From Trichoplax adhaerens (taxonomy: Eukaryota; Animalia; Placozoa), in contig NW_002060952.1 of the NCBI RefSeq assembly GCF_000150275.1, positions 146,482 to 210,481 on the forward strand: a stretch of DNA of 64,000 bases, read 5' to 3'. The notes under the pieces were generated by a model. That model searched no databases, was not told where the DNA came from, and saw nothing but the letters and a program-made list of their open reading frames with translations. This document shows, one piece after another, positions 38,301 through 50,675 of this stretch (position 1 is its first letter; every line of letters starts with the position of its first letter). A program made the position numbers and the translations under genes.

Positions 38301-41300
38301 AAAAAAATTTCTTTTCTATTTCAATGTAGGCGAGAGTAGCTACTGATAACCATCAGCGTAATAGGAATCTGAGAGGTATGAAAGAAAATTGTTTACATAC
38401 CAGAAAAAGGAGAACAAGAAAACGATATAAGGTATACATGAAAGGGTAATCGATAACTGTATACCGTATATTCCTAATGTTAACTGGAGTGATTAAGAGG
38501 TTTATATATTTCAAATTGACCAATTGCCATCATTCTTAAAATTGTAGCTGTGTAAGGCGTTTAACATTAATTCTTCTCCATCGATTATTCAAATAGATAT
38601 CAAGAAGTAGTCCCGACAATTCTAATTCATCTGTATTAGCGTTAAAATTGGTTGACGACGATGTTAGTCGTACAGAATGTTATAAAGCTTAACTTGAAAT
38701 AAATTGCGATTCATTCATACATTGATGATAATAATAATATACTAATAAATAATGATAATTATTTAAATACTTAGGGAATATCATCGGTTTCCTCCGGAGA
38801 TGATAAGGTTACTTTTAACTCTTATTTAAGATAAATCGTCATAAAATGTAACGCTACTCCAATAGTGCTAAACTAAAATTTCATTTTCACAATATATATA
38901 TATATATATACATATATAGTGCGAAAATGAAGATGAAAACCTGAATACCATATCATATCGGGATATGAATAAGTCTGTAAGTTTCTTCTACACATTACGC
39001 CAGATTATCAATTAATTATAGAATGAATAGGTTCTTTGGCTTTAAAATTTGTTATCATCCTACTTAATGAATTAGCATTAATGTACAACTAGAATATAAA
39101 ACTATTCAAAATGTTTTCTTTTAACTGCAATAATCAGTCCTTATCGAGTTATATTTGTCAGCAGTAAAAGTTTTCGCTTGACACTGTATATTTTATCTAT
39201 GCAATTCAATCAATAGAACAAGGAAGGACGTCATATCTTGAAAGGTGCGAATTAAATTTAATCGCTACAAGCATGTATTTGATAAATGCATCAATAGAAT
39301 AGTTCACATTTACTATATAGAACATAGCAAACGTTAGTTAATTTATTTAATACTTTTATGCATTACAGGAGAATTTCTATCAGAAACAAATTCCAATATT
39401 TCTGGCAAGCTGAGCGTAGCAAGCATTATTGGAAATTCATCTGCGTAAGTAAAACCGCTACAGAATATTTTTGACTTAAATCTTGCCGCTATTATATCTG
39501 TAATAAATAAACCTTCAATTTTTCTGTCACTCCAATGTATAGTTATTCTTTATCGATCGGTAGCATTACTATTATTGTCTACTAGTTTTTTAGTTTGTAA
39601 CTATTTCATTTGTTGATTAATTGAAATCAACAATTGATTATAATTCTAGTGATAGCAATAGCCTGCGTAGCAAAAATCATGGTTTAAATCGTGAACAGGG
39701 AGAAGCGCATACGCAGAACGGTAATTCAAAGACAGATATTTTATGTACGCGTAAACTATTTCGAATATGTAATAATACCATGCGAACTTTAATTTGCTAC
39801 TGCTTCATACTAACAGATCAAGGGCTACGGGCGATAAGAACACCTGTTCGACGAATTGGTGACTTAGACAGTCAGGTATGTGACTATTTCTAACATCAGT
39901 CGTATCCACACATATAATTGGATGATATAATAGTATTTATTTAGTTCTTAGGCAGGTAAACCTAAATATTACCAAGTGTTATCATTCAAAAATTATATGT
40001 AAACGTGAATTATGGCAATGCACACCGTTAAACCCTATCTATTTATATCATTATTTACAGATATCGGGAAAATGGTGTAATGCCCATGTTAAAATTGCTC
40101 GCTTAATTTTACAAGAGAAATTAAAGGAGAAAGTACGTTTTCATAATAATATTAATACCAAATTATAATTTATCCGTATATTACAGTAAGTAATGTCGCT
40201 TTATAATAACATAAAAACTTATTTATATAGGATCGAACAGATAATAATAAAGACCCTGCTAGTAGTAATTCTATCCATACCATAGCATCTAGCCGATATG
40301 ATGGTGCAACAAATTTACCGGGATATACATTACAATCTCAAGTTAAAGATTCAGTCGTTCCTCCTCTTGGATTGTCTGTGTATCCAGGTTGTAACTAAAT
40401 CATGAGTAACTTTTATTATAGTATAATTAGTAGCTATTTTTTAAATCACACTTACCAGGTTAAATACATTTATAGGTTATTCGTTTCCAAATGCACCCGG
40501 AGCTGCTACACAAAACGGACAAGTAGGTTCTTCGTATGACATGACTTCAGGTACCAGTTCTATTCTTGGAACAAGATCGATCGGTAACTATGGTAGTAGT
40601 AGTCCGTATCAATCTCCAAATTTACCTTCAGTGGTAAAAAGAGAAGAAGTAACATCGATGAACAATTCCGGACCAAGTGGAGGCAACTGGGGTAATCTTA
40701 GTAGGTATGCTGTATAAAATACAATACTAAAAATTATTTTAATACAGTAAGTTATCAATTTTATCTTTTCATTTACTGACTCGATCATGTATTGTACTGC
40801 ATCATTTTTAATCAGAGTTCATGCCGACCAAGTTTCCAAACGATCGGAAACCAAGTCACCCAGTAAGGCCTCACATTCTCCTGATGTTGAAGCCATTAAT
40901 GGCTCTACTACAGGTACAACCGCCATCAAAAATGAATCAGAGAATGAAAATCGAAATACAACGAAAAAAGACACTTTACAAGATGATAAAAAATCTGAAG
41001 GTGATTCATATGTGAAAGATCACGGAAATGATGCTACTCAAGCCCAGCCAATTAATGACTCTGTGAACAAGGAATTAGATTCTAAGAAAGGCGATAAAAG
41101 TAGCTTTGTTAAAAATAGAGGAAGCCCGCTACTAGAACACACTAGACCTGGTAGCAATCACATAAATCAAGCTGAGCGCAACGTTAGAAATCCATCGCCT
41201 AGAGCGCGTTCTAGTGGATCAGAAAGTAGTCGTTTAAAAGCTTCCGCTAGTCATATCATGGACAGCGGAAGGGCGGATTCGGTCCCCAGGCTCAGTATGG

Positions 41301-42025
41301 GTCACAATACTGGAGCACTAAGAGAAATTAATACTGCAGAAAGATATTTTGCTTATGGGCCTGATATCTCCTCAAATACGAATCCGTTAATGAATCAATT
41401 AGAAATGAATCAGTTATATAGAAATATGTTTAATCAACACCCATTACAGTCTCCAGAATTTGCACATGCATCGAACGCGAATGTACCACAGCAATCTCCA
41501 TACATTGACCAAAGGCACTTTAATTTAGTTACTGCTAATAGTTCACTATCACAATATGGGATAGATGCAACAACCGCTTACTACTTAAGTCAGCATCCTA
41601 GTGTATCAGGCTATAGTGGCCAACTAGGTAGTGCTCTTAACTCTACCAATTATTCGGTTGATATGCGAAAATTTGAGCAAGCAGGCCCGATATTATTTGG
41701 CGGTTTAAGTTCAGGCATATCTCAGAGTCCTTCAGCACATCAAAATGGAATACCCGGTATGATACACGGTATGTCACCAAGATTATCAGCACCTGGAATG
41801 TCGGGTGGAATTAGTAATAAACCGGTGGGCGTTTCAAGCCTGGATCAATTGCAACTTACTGCAAATTCAGTATCAACTCATAGTCAGCCAAGTTATGGAA
41901 TACGTCCGCCCTCAGGTGAAGATCCTGTTAATCCTTTGAACACTATTCCAATAACATCTTCCTTGCATCCTGGCTTTAGAGGTACTAAGCCAGATTCAAG
42001 AGATGATCGATCGACATCTAATTAA
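35301..42025 (+). CDS. AUTS2: AUTS2/FBRSL1/FBRS (Tay bridge) family protein
   Basis: Exon 1 encodes [25 protein letters not shown] (AUTS2: [25 protein letters not shown]). Exon 40061-40132 encodes SGKWCNAHVKIARLILQEKLK (AUTS2: [21 protein letters not shown]). The rest is S/P/N-rich low complexity. Phase-consistent exons: 35301-35462, 38330-38431, 38597-38662, 38775-38807, 38920-38976, 39217-39244, 39369-39444, 39650-39720, 39817-39875, (39952-39975?), 40061-40132, 40231-40387, 40476-40704, 40816-42025. The small middle exons are less certain. The symbol denotes the family, not one-to-one orthology. Confidence 0.85.
36787..36826. repeat. Pentanucleotide microsatellite (CAGTC/CGGTA)n
   Basis: CAGTC CAGTC CAGTC CAGTC CGGTC CAGTA CGGTA CGGTA in AUTS2-like intron 1. 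Confidence 0.85.
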
Positions 42026-44762
42026 TTCGACCATATAACCTATATGATTTTAAAGTATTGAATGAAGAAAGCACATTAGCGATTTACTTTTCAAAAGGAA
42101 TTGAAATTTTGTATTATACGTGACATGTAAATTCATCGTTAATAATATTTTAACCCTATTCTTCGTTAGCTCTTGGTTGAAAATTTCGAGTGTATGTTCC
42201 ATAATGTTGATATTTATGAATCTATCTTTAAATAATATGGTACACTGTATATTATGAACAAATCTTACAACATATTTTATGTCGATTTCGTAATTTTTCG
42301 TTGATGCATTTAGTCATATGTATTTCCACTAAGACCACTTAACGTATTATTCTGTGAAAAATTCAATGAAATCGTATTGTCTATCTAATGGATTAATAAT
42401 ATAGTCCAATAAGGATAATCGAACAAAACAGTATCTACGATAATGATCCATCTTCTATGTATAATCCACCAGTTTAATAATAATAATATTGGCAAAATTA
42501 ATGGCGGTGACAAATTCTGTTTATTAATTCTCTTATAAAATATCGCCCATTTTCAATTCTTGTAAAGTATATCTGCATAATTAATACGATTTTCTTGTCT
42601 GCCGATACGGTAAAAGATCTATCGGGTGTATCATTTTAGTTGTATACTGTGTATCAGCGCTACATAGTTCAAAAAATTTTGCTACTTTACGCTAAACTTA
42701 ATAGTGTCGCCGATCATGTTTGGTGAAGGATTGTGTCTTATGTACATGTTTTCTTGCTATCTTAAAATGCTGATTTTACCAAGTGTTTTTTTGTAATATG
42801 ATTTATATAAGAATATGATGACCAGATACTTCACCACACATTGATTAAACTTGAAGTTATGTTGCTGTTTTATCTACTGTCACTATATTAAGAGTACTGT
42901 ATAATGTACTTTCATTGAATAGTACACTGTTTTGCTCTATTACTATTAATAACTATTTCTGATTGACTATTACGGTGATAGTACTAATTCTTTATTGTAA
43001 CTTATCTTACAATTGATAAAAGAAAATTCTTGTATTATAAGTCACCATTTGTGACAACGGTATTCGTCTATCTACTCGTTATATTCCGAATAACTATGAT
43101 ACGAATGGGTCATCAGTATTTTGTACTCTCTTTTATTCGATTTCTAATATTGATATTACAGTATGAGTTGGGCTGCAAGACCATTTAGGGTACTAAAATT
43201 TGTACAGTAAAGTCTATTTGACCTTGTCTTGTGACCCGTGATACAGCAATAATATAATTGAAACTAGGATAAAAATCATGGCGGCAAATTAATTCTTGGT
43301 TAAATTTTACGACGTGACGGTAAATATAGTAAAAGTAAATAGGGCGCAGAGTTGCGAATGACAATCCCTTTCTTGAAAGGAGTACAACTTAAGTTGACAC
43401 ATGGAACACTTTAAGACTCAACTTTATTTAATGATGTATGTACTGTAATTACAGTAGAAAATATTTAGCACGTCTGGCTCTGCTAACAATCCATTGACTT
43501 GTGGATAAATAAGCGCCGTCAATTCGCATTCGGTCTCATTTTACTTTTTGCCTTAGCAGTCAAGATTGTTCGCAAGTGCTTCATTGAGTTCATTTTGAGT
43601 TAGCCTCTAAGGGAATTTAAATTTTCAGCTTCGATCTGGGTCAATGATTTCATCGTACTGCTCTACATAAGAGTGCAGTTGCCTTGTGCATTATGCTGTG
43701 TGTACTGTATACCTCAGTTTATACAGTGCAACCTATTTCATCACGTTATAACAGCTGGCATTTATTACGATTATAATTATCGATATAATCCTAGCTGATT
43801 GCTACCAATTTATTACTCTAATCTAATTTTATAGATAGTAATAGATATGGAAAGATTTCGCTTATATGACGAGGGTCTTAACTAAACAATGACTACTATT
43901 TATGAAAAATGAACGATAAATCTTTCAATTTCTCTATTTTCCATATGCGCCTAGGATAAAATTAATCAATAGACTGATATACAGCTCTACGCGTATGACA
44001 ACTGCTATTTATTGCAACAATCAGGATAATCCTAATTAATGGTTACTCATTTCAATATTAATCCAATGTACAAATAGTAACATATGTAAATTAATCGAAA
44101 AGCTCATAATAATTAACAATCTACCATCCCTTCTCCTTATTTTCCTTAAATTGATACAATCAATAAATACTCATACTTAATTATTGCGATTTATTATAAT
44201 GTTATAGCACTTAAAATTGTTCTGCTATGCATGCTACTGTCGTATCCTCTATTTTTCCGAGTTGCTACCAATACAAAAGTATCGCTTTCATAGTAATCTA
44301 TTATGCAGATCAATACATAAATTCAAATATCATCAATATTGTTGCGCTTTTCCTCTCTTTGATATAGCTACTACTGAAGGAAAAGTTTAAGCTTTGAACT
44401 CTATTCCAATAAATCAATTTTCATTGCTAAAAGTGAGAAAATCGATTTTTAATATAGTAGAGGAGATTATGAGAAAGATTCGTAATTCCTTGGTCAGGGT
44501 AGTATCGTTTCCCAATCCTATCCTAGGTTCACAATACTCTGCTTGATACCATTGATATGGTTCATACTGTCTATAGTTATTTTAATGAGAGAGATGAAAC
44601 TATACTAGAATGCCTAGGCCTTAACGCGCATGGCTCTTCTACGCTACAGTACTGCACCATCCATCCATTCGATGACCAAAAATCAATTTTCTCTCAGCAA
44701 CATCGACAAGATCAATGAGAAGTTTTTTATCGAATCACTCGTTCTATCTAGCAATCTGAGCC

Positions 44763-47700
44763 ATGTTTTATGTATTCCTTGGTTTATCCACTTATATTGC
44801 TACTTCTACCTTCTTCTTATACAATCCCCAATTATTACATGGTAAAAAAAAGTCTGCAATTAAATGCAGGCATATTAGCCATCGTGGAGGTAAACATGGT
44901 CAATATTGTGCATTTCGTAAATTATTTCTAGAAATAATGTAGACCTGATATATCTAGATATACATCGATTGATTCAGTTGATACTATTTTCTGTACTTGT
45001 TATACAACGAGATGCATAGATACCTGAAAGCTAGAGTATCGATCAAGTTCTACTTTAATGTATCTTCGTATCTTAGTAGCATAACGCTTAAGTTCATACG
45101 TAAAGACCTTTTATACTCCTTTGCTGTCAACTTACCTCGGAAAGAATCATAAATCAGATATACATTTATTGATTCTGCTTACTCTATTTTCTGTACTTGT
45201 TATACAACGAGATACATAGACACCTGAAATTTAGAGTATCAATCAACCTCTACCTAATGCGTACTTGTATTCTTATGCTTACGCAATCTTCTGTGCTTCT
45301 TATACTGTACAACGAGATGCTATATACACTCCTGAAAGCTAAAGTATCGATCAAGTTCTACCTAATACGTATTCGTATCTTAGTAGCATAATGCTTAAGT
45401 TCAGGCTTGAAACCATTTCTATGCTCCTATGCTGTCATCTTACCTAGGAGTGGACTGCAAATCTAGATATCCCGTATACGCGTCTCTACAACTTTACCCT
45501 GTTTACTCTATTCTCTGTACTTCTTATACAATGAGATGTCTAGATACCTAAAAAGCTAGCGTATCGATCAAATTATACCTATTATGTATTCGTATCTTAG
45601 TAGTATAATCTTTAATTTCCATGCTACCATCTTTACCTAAGAATAGATTGCAAGTCTTTGATCGAACTTCTAATATGTAATATAATAATCAATTTATTTA
45701 TCAGGTGCTGCTGAAAACTTGGAGAATACTATCACTGCTTTTAAACAGTAAGTAACCTCCCATCATACGTATCTTTTCTAGGCATATCTTCTAATTTATA
45801 GAGTTGCTTAGTAATGCTATTTCTTGCTGTCGAATTACAAGACCGTACAATGCTGTTGAAAGGAAATTTTAGTGTCCTATACTATATTACCTTGGACTAC
45901 AGTGATAACAATCGTAATGAAAATAAACTCGACAGGATCGTGGTCGATTCTCTTTTTTCCAACTATAGTGACAATTAGGAAATAATACGAAAATAAGAGT
46001 ACGTTTTAAGGAGACTTAGAATTAGTTTTATTGATTTAAACAGTTCGACTACTGTAAAATCTACAGCTCTGCAGGCAACCTGACAACAAAGTGATTATGA
46101 ATTATAAAACTGATTCAAGACACAAGAATAATAATCTGATATAGAATGGCCAAGAATACTACATACTCGCATCTGCCTCATATCTCATATTATTCTACTA
46201 TATGGGATGTTGAGGGCTTCCAAGAAAATGTACCTAAATCGAATGTTAGCCGTTGCACTATTATCGTATATGTTAATGCGATATTCTCTAATCTAATTTA
46301 TAGTATTTGTAAACAGCACTAAAGCAAGCAAGAGTATCTAATAAGGATATTAAATAAATAATTCTAATCAATTTTTTATGTAGATTATTACGTTTGATAG
46401 CTAAAATGTAAGCATTGACAATGAATATGCTTCTATCAGATGTTTAATTTCCTATTTTTAAAAATCTATAATCGCTCATTAGCAATATTCAAGCTAAAAA
46501 AATAAGTATGGTGAATATTGAAAAGTACGCGTATACGTAGATGGGATGATTATCCAAAACAATATAAAATACGATAATGTAGGACAAACAGCCGAGTTAG
46601 TTAATATAATGTGTATAGAGTAGCGAGCGATTGCAGTTGATAATTGGTATACTCCTTAATACCACTACTAAACGTTTAATAGTGATATAAATCCGACACA
46701 GATACAGCTATACTGTAAAACATATAGTATCTAGAATTTTTATAGTAAAACTCTTACAACCTTATCTTTAAAAATTTAATTCATAACTATCCTTTATGCT
46801 GTCTGACAGATGGTTTTTATCTTTGCTTTGCAGTGCAATCGATTGTGATACTGACATGCTGGAGATTGATCTACACATCACAAAAGATGGACAGGTTGCA
46901 AAATGCTACTTAAGTTGCTAATAAACGGTCTACAGTTTAATCAAATCTATTTCTCATTACTTAATTATTTGACTACTTTTAGGTAGTGGTATCACATGAT
47001 GATTATCTTTCAAGATCTTGCCAAAAAGCAATATATGTTAATCAAACTGATTATCAGGTAAAATAGCGAGCTATACATCTTAATCTAATACTTGTTGCAT
47101 TAAACTGATAACAGTAAAATTCTATCCTATCCAACACTTACCATTGCAAACATACGTAATTAACGAGTAATAAACCTTAGGATTTACCGATGCTTGAACC
47201 TCCTCTGAAAGTTACTTTCACAAAAGATGATTGGTGCTATGGTGATCGTAGCGATCGAAAAATAGCGCTATTAAGTGAAGTGTTTGATGCATTTGCGAAT
47301 ACTCCTATTAATATGGACCTCAAAGTTTGCGATGAAAAGCTAATCATTCAGGTTATCAGGAATGAGTTTAATTATAATTGATTGAGACTTGTTATAATGT
47401 ACTATTGGACGACATTATATTAGTCTACGTACGATATCAGATAATACTCAATGTTTGCTTTGTAGACGGACTGTTTAATCAGAAAGTACAAGAGAGAAAA
47501 CATAACCATTTGGGGAAGTGCAAATGATGTCGTTTTGCAAAAATTATACTTACAAGTACATACAATAAATGGTTTTATTGAATAATATGATAGCGTTATC
47601 AACCTTTGTTTTAATCTTCAATTAAAATATCTCTTTAGAATCCTGAAGTTCCAACATTTTTCTCTAAGAGACGTGTGGTGATTACAATTTTACTTTTTTA

Positions 47701-48355
47701 TACTGGTTTGTTACCGTTTGTTCCCATCAAAGAATCGTACTTTGAGGTGATTATGCCAAGCATAGTTAAAAAGTGAGTAACCTCTTATTGAATAATCTTG
47801 CTCTATCTAGTTTATGGGCACACTCAATAACTCTTTTATCATTACTTTTGGATAATATGTATATTTATAGAGTTTTAAACCCAGAACTTCCTATAAAAAG
47901 TTGTGCCTATGCCAAATTCATCGATTAGTAAGTTCTACAATTAACTGGCAATGGAAATATTACCCATTATAGTCTGTATCGTATACTATACGTAATTAGT
48001 CTGTTTATTCGTATCTAAAGACAGAAAATAGAAAGAATTTCTATTTATAGTAAAATTAAATAAATTTTTGATAACATAAATATATGTATCTCTTCACTAA
48101 CAGTTTACTGATGAGGCCAAGCTTGATAAATCATTTAAAGCGCAGAGGCATACAGGTGTAACTGAAATTGTTTAGTTATAGTGCGCAAATTAGAGTTGCT
48201 TGAATTAAAACGTGAAATCTCTTCGATAGGTATATCTGTGGGTGCTCAATGATGAAAATGACTTTCGTAGGGCGTTCCGATTAGGAGCTGATGGAATTGT
48301 TACCGATTATCCCACCAAACTGCAAAAATTTCTACAAAAACAAAAAAGCGACTAA
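44763..48355 (+). CDS. GDPD1: Lysophospholipase D, glycerophosphodiester phosphodiesterase GDPD1/GDPD3 family
   Basis: N-terminal hydrophobic anchor, then PQLLH.KK..RHISHRGGAAENLENT, DMLEIDLHITKDGQVVVSHD, FYTGLLPFVPIKE, RGIQVYLWVLNDE, DGIVTDYPTKL. Exons 44763-44889, 45705-45747, 46834-46894, 46983-47057, 47181-47351, 47466-47555, 47639-47772, 47871-47927, 48104-48155, 48230-48355. Confidence 0.95.
44950..45660. repeat. Decayed tandem repeat (about 4 copies) filling GDPD1 intron 1
   Basis: TCTGTACTT.TTATACAACGAGAT..ATAGA.ACCTGAAAGCTAGAGTATCGATCAAGTTCTAC cores near 44990, 45190, 45290 and 45515. Confidence 0.85.
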
Positions 48356-49139
48356 GCATGTTCAATATTCCATACGGTATGTATGTCTTCTCGAGCTAAA
48401 TGTTACCGTAAAGAAGGCTAAATTAATGGTGTTTCATCAATAGTATGCAATTGCGTATAGAATATGTTCACTAATCAAAAGATGATTTATATCTGCGTTA
48501 TGTATATCGATAAATCGGCTTTTTTTGTATATGAATAGTGATGTATGTATGTACGATGATCTTCGTTTAATGAATGATAATTACGTAAGTTCTAATAAGT
48601 TCTACTATGATCGGAAAGAAGCGATATGTAGACTGTACAATATAGTAATTTTTCCTTAACAACCAATACAAATAACTAAGAATTAAAAGTTGTGTTTTGT
48701 TACTCAAATTATCACTTCAAGCTACTATTGAATCTCAGGTAAAAGTTAAATAATGTCTAGTCTAAATTATAAGATGAATATTGAATAATGCTATTAATTC
48801 AATCGATGACTTTTTATGTCACTACTTGTTATTCGATTGTTATATTTAACAATTGTGATATTCAAATTTAAGCGGTTAACGTATCAGATTACTGTGTGCG
48901 TACATATATGCAGTTGGAAGGCACTGAAGAGTGCAGAACATTTTAAATGGAAATGAAATAAATATCATTAGCTTGTCGACATGTAGATATAAAGGAGGTG
49001 CAGTATTTATATAAAAATAAAAGATCTTTCTTATCTATAACATGATGAAACATTTAAAAGGTGCCTAGAGCGACAGCAGGAATCTACTACTATTTAGTCT
49101 ATCAGTTTCAACTTGTCGAATTTAGCTGGAATTGTAAGA

Positions 49140-49640
49140 TTTCGGCATAAGCTTAGTTTTAAGCTCTTTACGAAGAATCTATTGCTCCATTGGATCTTAC
49201 TTTCTACTCTTGAAAGATTAATAACATTTTAATACCGGTTATGTGCAATAAAGATCACAATTGCGCTAGAGCAAAAGTAGGAAAACTCGCTGTTAATTTT
49301 AAATTGAGCTACCTATGCTCCATCTATCCTCCATATTAAACTGTAAAAGCTATCTGCATAAGCTTTTCTTAAGCTTATTATAAAACTATTACTCTAACAG
49401 GGTTCTTAGTTCTTACTTTACACTACTCGAAAGATGAACAACATTATTTGTACTATTTAAGTAAAAGATTACTATTGTACCAGAGTGGTCAGAGGAAATC
49501 CCATTGCGATGTAAATTAGCAATGGAATCTATCAATGCTCCAATTTCTCCTCTATATTAAACTTTATATAAGTACTGTATATGGGTAATAAAATTAGTTT
49601 TGAGCTCTTTACAAAACATCTATTGCTCAAGTTAGTAACA
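49140..49640. repeat. Decayed local duplication
   Basis: TTAGTTTT.AGCTCTTTAC.AA..ATCTATTGCTC near 49154 and 49594; ATGCTCCA...CCTC.ATATTAAAC near 49315 and 49535. Confidence 0.6.
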
Positions 49641-50675
49641 TTTATTACTAACATACAAATGTAAAAGATAGCAACCGTCCAGGAATGATAGCAAAATTGC
49701 TCTTAGCACTTTGCATATCTGTGTTGAAAAGTACAACCAATTAACTTTATAGGATAATCATTGCCAAGAAATTCTAACGACCTAAGAGATCAACCTGATT
49801 GATTGTTAATAAATTTTATTACCAAACACATGCTATAAGATCAATATTAGAATCTACTGTTGCTTTTTCAAAATAAAAAGACTTATCTTACTATCATTAC
49901 TACTATAAGCTAGCGTTAAAGATAGCCGAGTATTTGCTATGAACTAATTTATAAGATACGTCGTATAAACACGCTTAATACAAGAAATTGCATGACAAAT
50001 TCAAGTTAACTATGATAGCCATTACACTAGAATAACATATTCCAAGCTAGTTGTAGAGTAAAAGTAGTTAGATAAAAAGGTTAGAAAGATTTAATTTAAT
50101 GAGATTGAATAGGATGATGATTATAGTCAAAATGATTAATTGCATTAGGCAATTTAACAGATTATTTTTATTCGTTAACCTGTACCATTTAATTTTTAAT
50201 TCTTAAAAATGATGTTAATATTAGATTGGACTATTATCCCAAAAAGAATTGTATAGACGAGACGAATGTGCTAGCATGAAATAGTCATTACAAGTACAAA
50301 AAAATGAATTGATACTAAGATAGAGAGCAAATCTCGACTTGTTATTATATATTTAGCAACGTGAAATAATGACACGAACTATAACGCAAAAGTTAAGCTG
50401 TATCTTACTGCAATATTTACTATACTTATTGAATATAAAGTAGCTTTAATAGTAATTCAGCAAAGATTACGTTGTCTTGAATCGAAGTTGATCACATACA
50501 GGGAGTATGAATAAATCCTTTACGAAGGCCTATCCATACACCCAGTTACTTCCATCATTATTTTCTTAGATAAAAATGTAGAGTAAAGTAGGACTTTACT
50601 AAGCAAATTAGTGATTAAGTTATGCCAAACCATGAATGATTTAATGATCATCTATCAATCTACTCGATGATAGAT

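Noticed and set aside
46338-46352. ATATCCTT (U12-type donor-like) on the minus strand, of interest because ZMAT5 is nearby
   Set aside because: It is antisense within a GDPD1 intron and not at an exon boundary. All reconstructed introns have ordinary U2-type GT-AG ends.
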